Source: an uncultured Ignavibacteriales bacterium (GTDB lineage: Bacteria; Zixibacteria; MSB-5A5; GN15; FEB-12). Taken from it: a stretch of DNA of 45,486 bases. Made by a program: the position numbers and the translations under genes. Every line of letters starts with the position of its first letter. The first letter of the stretch is position 1. The stretch covers positions 1 to 45,486 of the forward strand of contig CAYVWS010000001.1 in the NCBI GenBank assembly GCA_964455535.1, given 5' to 3'. Below, one piece after another: positions 35,546-45,486 of the stretch. The notes below the pieces were generated by a model. That model was not told where the DNA came from, searched no databases, and saw only the letters and a list, made by a program, of their open reading frames with translations.

Positions 35546-37134
35546 CTCATGTGGGCGTCGTCGTACGCTTCCACTTCTTCGGGTGTCGCGCCGCCGGAGC
35601 GGCTGGCGAGTTCTTTGACATACTCACCCAGGCCGAGCGGAATCGAAAGCAGCGCGAACATCCCAACGGTGCCGATGACCGTGCCGATCATTTTCAGGAA
35701 CATCTCGCCCCAGACACTGTCCTGAGATATTTCTCCGAAAAAGGGTTTGAAGAACAGAGTAATCAGAAACAGCACTACGGTAATCGGCACTAGTTTGATC
35801 AGACTCCGCACGATGGCCTTGCGCTGTTCGGTATCGACTTTCCGAATGATCAAAACGACCAATGCCGCCGCGTAGCTGGTCATCGAGATGGTGGTCGCCA
35901 GACCGATCCCCGGATACCCGATCAGTTCCGCCAGCACAAATGAACCGATGGCTTTGAGAGCGAACGCGGCGAGCGCCAGCCAGAAGATCAGCTTTGTCAT
36001 GCCCAGTGAATAGCAGGCGCGAATCGACGTTGATATAACAAAAAGTACAGCGACGGTCGGGGCCAGCATTCGAAGAAGCGACCCGGTCTTTTCGACCGAA
36101 TCGAGATTGAACTGCCCGCGATGCAACAGCACATAGACAAGCTCATGCGAAAAGAGCATCGTGATAATCGCCATTGGCAGTGCGACAAACAATCCGCCGA
36201 TCACGCCGCGGCGATAGATATCACCAAACCGGCCAAGTTCAAGCTTGTCCCCCGACTCGGCAAAAAGCGGAAAAAGCACCGAGGCAATAGCCAGACCGAT
36301 GACTGAATCCGGCAACTGCGTGATGATCTGCGCGTAATTGAGCGACGAAACTATTCCCTCGCCGAACGGAAGCGCAACATATCGGTCGATCAGAAAGTAC
36401 GACCGGCTGATCAACTCGACCAGCACCAGCACACCGGCGCTCAACAACAGCGATTTGGTTTCGGGAGAGAACGCGGCGAATGAATATTGTTCAAACGGCT
36501 TGAACTTCTTCACCCGCACAAACAGGTAGATATTCGAAATGAGCATTCCGGCGAGCATGCCGTAGGCAATCGCGCCAACTCCCCAGAATGACGAAAACCC
36601 CAGCACAATGCCGATCATCACGATATTTTCCGCGACCGGCGCGCCGGCAGTGTAGGCAAAGACGCGTTTGGTATTGAGCACGGCCCGGAGGAAGGCGTCG
36701 ATCACTCCAAGCAGTACCATTGCCGCTAACAGTCGACTGTAGAACTCGATCTGCCCGCTCTGGCCGGGCAAAAGATTAGGCATCCAGAGCGCGATCAGGT
36801 ACGGTCCTGCCAGCGCGAGAATGATCGTGATTGCGATACTGATAACCACTAGATGGTTGACCAACGGCCAGACGGTCTTCCAATCAAGCTCGGAGGAGCT
36901 GTCGTCGGTCTTTTTCAGATGACGCGTGAAGAAGGGAACGAGGAGATAGAATGAGGCAAAGTTGATCACACTATACGCCAGCGCCGGAAACATGAGCGCG
37001 ATCAGATACAGATCAAACTCATGCGATGTTCCGAATCGCGCCGCGACGACCAGTTCTCGACCCAGCCCCAGTACGCGGGAAATCAGAATGACTGCCGACA
37101 TGCCGAGTATAGCGCGAATCCGATCGGCCAGCAT
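35542..37134 (-). CDS. murJ: MurJ/MviN-family flippase (lipid II or polysaccharide-unit flippase)
   Basis: The N-terminus ILISRVLGLGRELVVAARFGTSHEFDLYLIALMFP is the MurJ signature. About 14 TM segments, 530 aa. Confidence 0.8.
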   Translation of the reverse strand: MLADRIRAILGMSAVILISRVLGLGRELVVAARFGTSHEFDLYLIALMFPALAYSVINFASFYLLVPFFTRHLKKTDDSSSELDWKTVWPLVNHLVVISIAITIILALAGPYLIALWMPNLLPGQSGQIEFYSRLLAAMVLLGVIDAFLRAVLNTKRVFAYTAGAPVAENIVMIGIVLGFSSFWGVGAIAYGMLAGMLISNIYLFVRVKKFKPFEQYSFAAFSPETKSLLLSAGVLVLVELISRSYFLIDRYVALPFGEGIVSSLNYAQIITQLPDSVIGLAIASVLFPLFAESGDKLELGRFGDIYRRGVIGGLFVALPMAIITMLFSHELVYVLLHRGQFNLDSVEKTGSLLRMLAPTVAVLFVISTSIRACYSLGMTKLIFWLALAAFALKAIGSFVLAELIGYPGIGLATTISMTSYAAALVVLIIRKVDTEQRKAIVRSLIKLVPITVVLFLITLFFKPFFGEISQDSVWGEMFLKMIGTVIGTVGMFALLSIPLGLGEYVKELASRSGGATPEEVEAYDDAHMR

Positions 37135-37165
37135 GACTACCCGCTTTCGTACCTGACCGGAACGA

Positions 37166-38272
37166 TCAGGACAAGATCCGCTTTAAGACGGTGATTACTT
37201 CGGTTTGCTCGGCTGGTGTCATCTCGGGGTAAATCGGGATCGAAAAGACTTCATCGGCCGCTTTCGACGACAACGGAAAGTCGGTTGGTTTCCATCCCAG
37301 ATCGGCAAAGCAGTCTTGCTTATGGAACGGCAGCGGATAATAAATCATCATGCCGATACCGGCCTTTTGCAGTTCCGCTTCGATCTCTTTGCGCCGCGGC
37401 GAGGCAAGCGTGTATTGATTGAAAATGTGCAGAGTCGAATAGTCTTTGATGACCGGCGTCTTCAAGTTCGGAATGCCGGCCAGTTCTTTGTTGTATCGCT
37501 TCGCGTGCTCAAGCCGTTTTTCAGACCATTTGCGCAGATGCGGCAGCTTTACCAACAGGACTGCCGCCTGAATCGAATCGAGGCGAGAGTTATACCCGAC
37601 GGTGCGATGGAAATATTTCGGATTCTCGCCGTGGGCACGAAGCGACCGGCAATTTTTGTAGTCTTCTTCCGTCTTGCACAAAATCATGCCGCCGTCACCG
37701 GCGCCGCCGAGATTTTTAGTCGGATAGAACGACAGGCAACCGAAGTCACCAATCGAACAGGCGGGTTTCCCTTTGTACTCGGCGCCGACGGCCTGCGCGG
37801 CGTCTTCGATCACTTTGAGGCCGTGCTTCTTGGCAATTGCCATGATCGGGTCCATATCGGCCAACTGACCGAATAGATGGACGGGCATGATGACTTTGGT
37901 TTTGGGCGTGATCGCCCTCTCAATCTGATTCGGATCGATATTGTAAGTCTCCGGATCAATCTCCACAAAGACCGGCTTGGCGCCAAGGCGCGACACGACT
38001 CCGGCTGAGGCAAAAAATGAAAAGTTGCTTGTAATCACTTCGTCGCCGGGCTTCACGCCGCAGGCCCGCAGGGCGATCAGAAGCGCATCGGTTCCCGAGG
38101 CCACTCCGATTGCATACGGAACACCGCAGACTTTCGCCAATTCTTCTTCGCACCTGGTGACCTCGGGCCCCAGCACAAAGCGACCGTGCGCCAGGACATC
38201 GAGCACGGCTTTGTTCATATCGTCTTTCAAGTACGCATACTGACGACTCATATCCAGAAGCGGAACTGCCAT
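37166..38272 (-). CDS. DegT/DnrJ/EryC1/StrS-family PLP-dependent sugar aminotransferase
   Basis: MAVPLLDMSRQY..., GVASGTDALLIALRACGVKPGDEVIT, SFYPTKNLGGAGDGGMI. ATG 38272 is preceded by AAGGGAGA; the ORF-track start at 38299 is GTG. Confidence 0.9.
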   Translation of the reverse strand: MAVPLLDMSRQYAYLKDDMNKAVLDVLAHGRFVLGPEVTRCEEELAKVCGVPYAIGVASGTDALLIALRACGVKPGDEVITSNFSFFASAGVVSRLGAKPVFVEIDPETYNIDPNQIERAITPKTKVIMPVHLFGQLADMDPIMAIAKKHGLKVIEDAAQAVGAEYKGKPACSIGDFGCLSFYPTKNLGGAGDGGMILCKTEEDYKNCRSLRAHGENPKYFHRTVGYNSRLDSIQAAVLLVKLPHLRKWSEKRLEHAKRYNKELAGIPNLKTPVIKDYSTLHIFNQYTLASPRRKEIEAELQKAGIGMMIYYPLPFHKQDCFADLGWKPTDFPLSSKAADEVFSIPIYPEMTPAEQTEVITVLKRILS

Positions 38273-38286
38273 ACAATCTCCCTTGA

Positions 38287-39045
38287 TTACTCTTTCCACC
38301 CTTGTTTGTCGAGCAGCTGCTCGGGGGGAACATCGCGAAATACTTTGGCCGGCACGCCGGCGACAATTTTGCCTGCCGGAGTATCTTTCGTCACAAGCGC
38401 ACCTGCGGCCACGAGGGTGTCTTGTTCAATTGTGATTCCGGGCAGTACGGTCGCATGGACGCCGACTCGTCCGCCCTTCTTGATCGTCACACCCTTGAAA
38501 TGCTTGAACCGCTCTTCGGTGCGACCGATGTAATTGTCATTCGAGGTTGCCACACACGGCGCGACAAATACCCGATCTTCGATTTCAGAGTAGGCCGTGA
38601 CATAAACATTCGTTTCGAGTTTCACATACTTGCCGATTTTGCAGAAATTTTCGACTGCGACGCCCCGTCCGACAATCGTGAAATCGCCGATCGAGACATT
38701 CTCGCGCACGGTCGACAAATCAGCGATCAGGACTTTGGTGCCGATAGTGCACCCGCGATAGATCACCACATGGGTGCCGACAATGCAATTCGGGCCGATG
38801 ATCGCGGCTGGAAGGTCCTGTTCTTTGGTCACTGCCGAATTCGCGGCCCGCATCGGCCGTTTGCCGATCACGGCGCCGTCGTCGATCCGAACATTGTCGC
38901 CGATAGAGGTGCCGTCGTGGATAATGACATTATGCCCGATTTCGCACCCGGCGCCGATTGTCACGCCGTCGCCGATCACGCAGTGATATCCGTGGCGAGT
39001 GCCGGAGCCGAGCTTGGCCGATTGTGAAATGACTGATCCGTTCAT
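38287..39045 (-). CDS. Left-handed beta-helix (hexapeptide-repeat) sugar N/O-acyltransferase
   Basis: Continuous hexapeptide repeats (IGDGVTIGAGCEIGHNVIIHDGTSIGDNVRIDDGAVIG...). ATG preceded by AAGGAAA. Confidence 0.85.
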   Translation of the reverse strand: MNGSVISQSAKLGSGTRHGYHCVIGDGVTIGAGCEIGHNVIIHDGTSIGDNVRIDDGAVIGKRPMRAANSAVTKEQDLPAAIIGPNCIVGTHVVIYRGCTIGTKVLIADLSTVRENVSIGDFTIVGRGVAVENFCKIGKYVKLETNVYVTAYSEIEDRVFVAPCVATSNDNYIGRTEERFKHFKGVTIKKGGRVGVHATVLPGITIEQDTLVAAGALVTKDTPAGKIVAGVPAKVFRDVPPEQLLDKQGWKE

Positions 39046-39068
39046 GATGTTTCCTTATACGATAGTAT

Positions 39069-40280
39069 TCAGCGGCCGCCTGAAGAATGTTTCCGTACAC
39101 CGGGCAGCCACCCGAAGAATGCATCGGCGAAGCGCATGACTCGTCGATAGTCATCGGGTGACGATTCTTCGAGCCCGCGGAGATACTCAAGCCAGGCCGC
39201 CAGCAAAAGAGCCAGCACCAGCGAGAATCCGACGCCGCCCAGCACAATCAGAGTACGTTTCGGCCGGTTGCGGACTTCGGGAACGCGTGACCGATCCAGC
39301 ACGCTGAATGTTCCGGTCTCGCTGCCTTCCTGGACTTTCGCCTGTTCCAACAGACTTAGCAAAGTCTCATAAAGACCCTCGTTAACTCTGATATCGCTGT
39401 ACAGCAACTCATATTGGCCCTTGAGGGCCGGAATGCGGGAGACCGGAAGACTGAAATATGAACTGTCGCGACTGCCGGTTTCAAGATCGGTCAGTTGCTT
39501 CTGAATGATCGCGCGACGCGCCTTTTTGTCGGCAAGTTCCGGGTTGTCCTCGCCGACCATCCGCTCAAGCGCTTTGACTTCAAGATCGATCTTGGCCAGC
39601 GCGACTTTCAGATCAGTTGCCTGTGAGATCGCCATTCTGGTTTGCTCGTCAAAGTCGACGGCCTTGTTGGCACGCTGGAACTGTTCGAGGGCGCCTCGCG
39701 CTGAGTCGAGCTTGGCCTTCACGCGGCCCAATCGCTCTTCGACGAATTGGCGGTTTTGGGTCGCGCGTGACGACGAAATCTTCTGGTCGAGGGCCATGAG
39801 TTCGTCGACAAAGGCGTTGGCCAAATCCGCCGCCACCTGCGGATCTTTGTCCTCGGCGCTGATTGACAACAATCCTTCGTTGGTGACCTGAAATTTGGTC
39901 CGTCCCATAAGTTCGATATACGTTTCGGTATTGCCGCCGGTGCCGAAGCGAGAGGCCAGAGCGAATTTCTCGATGATCGGATCGCAGATCGCGTGACTGC
40001 GCAGCATTCTGGCGTACAGATCGGAGGGAGTCACAAGTACAGGCAAATTGAGCCCGCCGGCGACAGATGTCACTTTGGCAAGTTCAGAAAGACCCGCACT
40101 CTGAATAGTCTGCTCTTTTGGCGGAAGGAGAAGGGCTTCGCCTTTGTACCATTTCGGCAAGACCAAAGCAATCAGAACGGAAGCTATAGCCCCGACAACC
40201 ACAAAGCCAACCACTAATCCGCGATGCGCCGCGACGGCGTCAAGAAACCGAAAGAAGTTGTTGCCCGATCGACTGCTCAT
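39069..40280 (-). CDS. Polysaccharide co-polymerase / chain-length determinant (Wzz/GumC-like), no kinase domain
   Basis: N-terminal TM followed by PKWYKGEALLLPP (Wzz-type). Long coiled-coil periplasmic region. Second TM LIVLGGVGFSLVLALLLAAWL. ATGA overlap with the upstream export gene. Confidence 0.8.
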   Translation of the reverse strand: MSSRSGNNFFRFLDAVAAHRGLVVGFVVVGAIASVLIALVLPKWYKGEALLLPPKEQTIQSAGLSELAKVTSVAGGLNLPVLVTPSDLYARMLRSHAICDPIIEKFALASRFGTGGNTETYIELMGRTKFQVTNEGLLSISAEDKDPQVAADLANAFVDELMALDQKISSSRATQNRQFVEERLGRVKAKLDSARGALEQFQRANKAVDFDEQTRMAISQATDLKVALAKIDLEVKALERMVGEDNPELADKKARRAIIQKQLTDLETGSRDSSYFSLPVSRIPALKGQYELLYSDIRVNEGLYETLLSLLEQAKVQEGSETGTFSVLDRSRVPEVRNRPKRTLIVLGGVGFSLVLALLLAAWLEYLRGLEESSPDDYRRVMRFADAFFGWLPGVRKHSSGGR

Positions 40281-41623
40281 CGCCGGCCATCCGTGAGTGA
40301 GATCAATACTTCGTCGCCGTCTTCGACAATCGATTCCGGCGCGGCCAAAAAAATCTGGCCGGTGACCCGGTTGCGGATGCTGACGGAGATCTGCGATGCT
40401 GCCGCCGTGAACCCGCCCGCTCCGCCGACATAGTCGGTGACGGTGTGACCTTTAGTAAACGGGAAAGTTCCCGGGCGACGGACCTGACCGGTAACTCTGA
40501 CAATTCCGATCGACGGCGGTACATAGATCGAATCAAACGGCACAAGACTGATGTCGCGGATCTTTCCGGAATTGTCGACGAGGTTGCTCATCGGGGTGGG
40601 CGGCACTGTATCCGAACCGGGCTCCAGTCGCGAGGCCCGCCGGAAAAGAACGGCGCGATTTGTCGCGGCCGTTTCAGAGACTCCGCCCGCTTGCTCGATC
40701 AGCTGCGAAAGAGTAAGACCGACTTTGAACGGATAGCGCTGGGCAAATTTCACCGCCCCGAAGATCGACACTCCGCGCTGGTCAAGGGCTGTCCTGGAAA
40801 TCGGCACTTCGAGAATATCGTTGTCACGAAGAAATTCATCACTTCCCGGTCGAGTCGGATCATTTGTGACGACGACGTTAAGCGAATCGCCGCTTGGGAT
40901 CACACCACCAGCCAATGCCAACGCAATTGTGCGGGTGTCTCCCGCCACCAGTTCTATTTCGCGGGGCTTTCGTACCTCGCCGACAACTCGAAACGAACGT
41001 CCGGAGAGCTGCGGAACATGTACCGCCGTCCCAGCAGACAAAGGGAGATTCGCGTCTTCGTCGAGTGCAAATCGAACTCGATCCAGATCTACAATGAGTC
41101 TTTTCGGCCCGCCGTCAATTTCGATTCGTCGCGTACTCGCCGACGAGAGCAGGCCGCCGGCCCGATTGATAGCGTCGACCACGCCCTGCGAAGTCCAGAG
41201 TTGATATGTGCCCGGGTGCGGCACTGCGCCGGTGACGGAGATGCTCACCAAACGGGGGCCCGAAATGGATACATCGATTTGCGCCGATCGATACTGGCCC
41301 GCCAACGGTTCGGCGAGTTTTTTCCGGACATCGGTCAAGGTCAGGCCGTTGACATCGATTACTCCGATGCGGGCATCGACGATTTTCCCTTCCGGCCCCA
41401 CCACAAGCTCCGAGGCCGCGATTCCCGCTTTGAGGGGTGTGACAACGAGCCGCTCGCCCGGCCGGATAAGATAGATGTCGGGGTTGATCGGCCGGTCAAA
41501 CGATGGCAGGGGGTACTGGCCCGACGTGTCTATCGTAGCCGGTTGCGCATATGCTTGGTAGGAGCATAACAGGCAGATAAGCGCCAATGATAGTGTTGTG
41601 GTGAATTTCAAAAATCTTGCCAT
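40277..41623 (-). CDS. Outer-membrane polysaccharide export protein (Wza/OPX family; Poly_export + SLBB repeats)
   Basis: Signal peptide MARFLKFTTTLSLALICLLCSYQAYAQ (ATG 41623; the ORF track extends to 41656). YLIRPGERLVV is Poly_export-like. Four SLBB-like units (VTGAVPHPGTYQL, VVGEVRKPREIEL, IFGAVKFAQRYPF, VTGQVRRPGTFPF). Confidence 0.8.
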   Translation of the reverse strand: MARFLKFTTTLSLALICLLCSYQAYAQPATIDTSGQYPLPSFDRPINPDIYLIRPGERLVVTPLKAGIAASELVVGPEGKIVDARIGVIDVNGLTLTDVRKKLAEPLAGQYRSAQIDVSISGPRLVSISVTGAVPHPGTYQLWTSQGVVDAINRAGGLLSSASTRRIEIDGGPKRLIVDLDRVRFALDEDANLPLSAGTAVHVPQLSGRSFRVVGEVRKPREIELVAGDTRTIALALAGGVIPSGDSLNVVVTNDPTRPGSDEFLRDNDILEVPISRTALDQRGVSIFGAVKFAQRYPFKVGLTLSQLIEQAGGVSETAATNRAVLFRRASRLEPGSDTVPPTPMSNLVDNSGKIRDISLVPFDSIYVPPSIGIVRVTGQVRRPGTFPFTKGHTVTDYVGGAGGFTAAASQISVSIRNRVTGQIFLAAPESIVEDGDEVLISLTDGRR

Positions 41624-41730
41624 TCTGTTACACGATTGCAGCCGATCTGAGGCCAAGAATACCGCACCGGAGCACCAAAGTCAACCCGCTATCCTGATGG
41701 TAGTTACGATACGACAAGTCACTTCCGGAT

Positions 41731-42159
41731 TCACTTTTTCAGGTCGTAGAAATACCGCTGGCCGGTTGGTGTGTCGACGTGTGTCAGATACAAGCTGTCG
41801 CCGGCGAATCGGCTCACATATGAACCGCGCGGGATATGAAGCGAATCGCAATTAGTCTGAGTGACGGGATCGGGAATGAAAAAAATCGATGGTCCCCCGA
41901 AATTGTTCGCCTCCCCGGCCGAATTGCAGACCGTGGTGTTGAAGGTCGAGAGGACGAACGAATAGTCCCGCCCCTCAATCGTGAATTTGACTAAGTCGGT
42001 GTCGACTCCTCCGACGACATTCGGATTGCGCTCGAAGATGAACCGGCCGTAGTAGATGCTTTTTTCGACGCCCGAATCAGCCGACTTTTTGCAGCTGAAC
42101 AAAGTCGCCGCCCCAATGGTCGCCGACAATACCAGCAAATGAGCAAATGGTCGCCGCAT
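41731..42159 (-). CDS. Hypothetical lipoprotein
   Basis: Signal peptide with lipobox (LLVLSATIGAATLFSC). No family recognised. Confidence 0.6.
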   Translation of the reverse strand: MRRPFAHLLVLSATIGAATLFSCKKSADSGVEKSIYYGRFIFERNPNVVGGVDTDLVKFTIEGRDYSFVLSTFNTTVCNSAGEANNFGGPSIFFIPDPVTQTNCDSLHIPRGSYVSRFAGDSLYLTHVDTPTGQRYFYDLKK

Positions 42160-42193
42160 GACGACTTCGATCCTCTCCCCGTTTCTGCGCCAG

Positions 42194-43882
<1,689 letters not shown>

Positions 43883-44623
43883 CTATCTTCCATGGGTTGG
43901 CAAACGGCGCAAATCCGCCGGCGTGTCAACCGTAATTGATTTCATTCTCGTAGTGAATACCCGCATTTTCCCGCCGTTTTCGAGAATGCGAAGCTGCTCA
44001 AGCGACTCGGCCTTCTCGCACGGTGTCCGCTGCCATTTCGCATACTGACGCAGCGCCGCGGCGCGATAGAAATAGATGCCGAGATGGATCATGAACGGAA
44101 ACTGTTTCGATCTCGCACTGCTCTTCGGATTTTGAATGAACGGTATCGGATACCGCGAAAACCAGAGTGCGTCGCCGTCGTGATTGGTCACTACTTTGAC
44201 TCTCCCCGGATCGAACAACTCGTCGTCGGAGTTGACCGGGCGGGCAAGCGTGGCGAATTGAATCGATTTGTTACGACGCATCGCGGTCACAACTTGATCG
44301 ATCGCTTTCGGATCGAGCAAGAGATTGTCGCCCTGAATATTAACGACAAAGTCTCCACCCAGTTCCGCCAGGGCCTCCGCGGCGCGATCGGAACCGGTCA
44401 CACACTTGGGTGAAGTGCGCACCACCTCGGCGCCAAACGCGACGGCGGCCTTTTCGATCTCAGGAGAGTCGGTCGCAATTACCAACTGGGTGATCGTCTT
44501 GGCCCGCCGAACTTTGTCCCACACATGCCACAGCATTGGCTTACCGCGCCAGGGATAGAGCACTTTCCGCGGAAACCGCGTCGATCCCAACCGGGCCGGT
44601 ATGACCGCCAGTGTGTGCTGCAT
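43883..44623 (-). CDS. kdsB: 3-deoxy-manno-octulosonate cytidylyltransferase (CMP-KDO synthetase)
   Basis: AVIPARLGSTRFPRKVL, VNIQGD, and a C-terminal LEQLRILENG motif. Confidence 0.95.
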   Translation of the reverse strand: MQHTLAVIPARLGSTRFPRKVLYPWRGKPMLWHVWDKVRRAKTITQLVIATDSPEIEKAAVAFGAEVVRTSPKCVTGSDRAAEALAELGGDFVVNIQGDNLLLDPKAIDQVVTAMRRNKSIQFATLARPVNSDDELFDPGRVKVVTNHDGDALWFSRYPIPFIQNPKSSARSKQFPFMIHLGIYFYRAAALRQYAKWQRTPCEKAESLEQLRILENGGKMRVFTTRMKSITVDTPADLRRLPTHGR

Positions 44624-44625
44624 CG

Positions 44626-44913
44626 TTATCCGATTACTTTCGGAACGTGGAAATACTCCTCATCGTGATCGGGGGCATTGCGAAGCGCCTCCGAGCGCGG
44701 CAGTGAATTCGCGGGTGTATCCTCGCGAAAGACATTTTCGGCTTTGATAAACTGGTTTTGCGGCTCGACACCGTCGGTGTTAACCGCTTGCAACTGATCG
44801 ATATAGGTCAAAATGACGGTCAGTTCGCGGGTATACTTTTCGATCTCGTCGTGAGTGAGACTAAGGCGCGCCAGCTTGGCGATATGCTCGACTTCGGCAC
44901 GTGTGAGTGGCAT
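44626..44913 (-). CDS. gatC: Asp-tRNA(Asn)/Glu-tRNA(Gln) amidotransferase subunit C
   Basis: MPLTRAEVEHIAKLARLSLTHDEIEKYTRELTVILTYIDQL; 95 aa. Confidence 0.9.
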   Translation of the reverse strand: MPLTRAEVEHIAKLARLSLTHDEIEKYTRELTVILTYIDQLQAVNTDGVEPQNQFIKAENVFREDTPANSLPRSEALRNAPDHDEEYFHVPKVIG

Positions 44914-45019
44914 ATGTAAAGGTACGGCAGCCGCCCCACGCAGTCAAGCCCCGTCTTTAAGCGCGGCTGCTTTCCTACCTGCTCGGCCTTAGGTCAATCG
45001 GGGTTGCTCGTCCGCCACT

Positions 45020-45486
45020 TTACATAATGATAACCAGCTTCCCGATTTGTATTCTACCATCGCGCGATTCGACTGTCCAGTAGTAAAGCCCTGATACGGC
45101 CAACTGTGTGTTGCGTGTGATCAAATCCCAAGTCTCGTGGTTCGACATCGGGTCCCATGACGGCATATTGTGATCAAGTTCGCGCACCAGGTCGCCGTCG
45201 AGCGTGAATATCTTGATTGTGCACTGCGGCGGCAGATTGTAGAAGTGTATTCTCCGGTTGCGGTCGGCCGGGCGATCGCGTTCGCCGGGGCCTCTCCCCT
45301 CGAATCCGGCCTGAGCATACCCGCCGTCCAGGCGATAGGGGTTCGGGTATACCGTCACATCCATTCCCTTGGCGACAACCGAATCGCTGGATTCCTCGGC
45401 ATAGGTGTGGATCGGAGTCTCGGTGCGGGGGGATTCCATCGGCGGCATGCCGAGATTCTGGGCGCCAAAATCAAAAGTCGTGACGG
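45020..45486 (-). CDS. C-terminal part of a secreted protein with a T9SS/FlgD-Ig-like C-terminal sorting domain (5' end outside the window)
   Basis: The frame stays open from 45448 to the window edge (VTTFDFGAQNLGMPP...). The tail VYPNPY...IHFYNLPPQCTIKIFTLDGDLVREL...SGLYYWTV...GKLVIIM resembles a T9SS C-terminal domain with an insertion. Confidence 0.7.
   Translation of the reverse strand, partial: VTTFDFGAQNLGMPPMESPRTETPIHTYAEESSDSVVAKGMDVTVYPNPYRLDGGYAQAGFEGRGPGERDRPADRNRRIHFYNLPPQCTIKIFTLDGDLVRELDHNMPSWDPMSNHETWDLITRNTQLAVSGLYYWTVESRDGRIQIGKLVIIM

Noticed and set aside
44914-45019. GCAGCCGC...GCGGCTGC inverted repeat between the partial T9SS-tail gene and gatC, considered as a terminator or promoter.
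   Set aside because: The stem is 8 bp with a 28-nt loop and no T-run on the transcribed (minus) strand. The TTGACT-N17-TACCTT match is weak. The evidence is insufficient.

Overview
Gene-dense bacterial chromosomal segment of 45.5 kb, moderately GC-rich by eye, with about 45 CDS and one tRNA. I saw no rRNA, CRISPR array, transposase or integrase. All product calls come from reading motifs in the supplied translations; no database search was possible.

Gene content is mainly envelope and housekeeping:
- lpxA (partial), an lpxC-fabZ fusion, rho, rsfS, panD, murA.
- A Lon-like protease and a stand-alone tRNA-Glu(CUC).
- A CDP-alcohol phosphatidyltransferase.
- A TolC-like gene divergent from a two-gene ABC exporter.
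- A Pho module: phoB-phoR and pstC-pstA-pstB-phoU, with no pstS.
- From 45.5 kb down to 28.4 kb, a run of minus-strand genes, in transcription order: partial T9SS-tail protein, gatC, kdsB, pyrG, a lipoprotein, a polysaccharide export/synthesis cluster (Wza-like, Wzz-like, LbH acetyltransferase, two DegT aminotransferases, MurJ-like flippase, GT4), a DRG-like GTPase, a membrane protein, panC, a T9SS-tail protein and a NUDIX hydrolase.

Lineage clues point to an FCB-superphylum-like, probably uncultured organism. This is an inference from the lpxC-fabZ fusion, two proteins with T9SS-type C-terminal sorting domains, and many genes lacking clear Shine-Dalgarno sites.

The most unusual items:
1. 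An outer-membrane TolC-like channel fused to a periplasmic-binding-protein-like domain. It sits head-to-head with an asymmetric heterodimeric ABC exporter and there is no adaptor gene in the window.
2. A candidate leader-peptide plus terminator/antiterminator element in front of that exporter.
3. A 1084-aa secreted protein combining an HExxH peptidase-like domain, a TolB-like propeller and an Omp85-type barrel without recognisable POTRA repeats.
4. A Lon-like protease with degenerate Walker A and B motifs.
5. Phased CTAACA-type hexamers shared by the pstC and phoB upstream regions (candidate Pho boxes).
6. A DRG-like GTPase with non-canonical G3 and G4 motifs.

I cannot show from sequence alone that any of these is truly undescribed.
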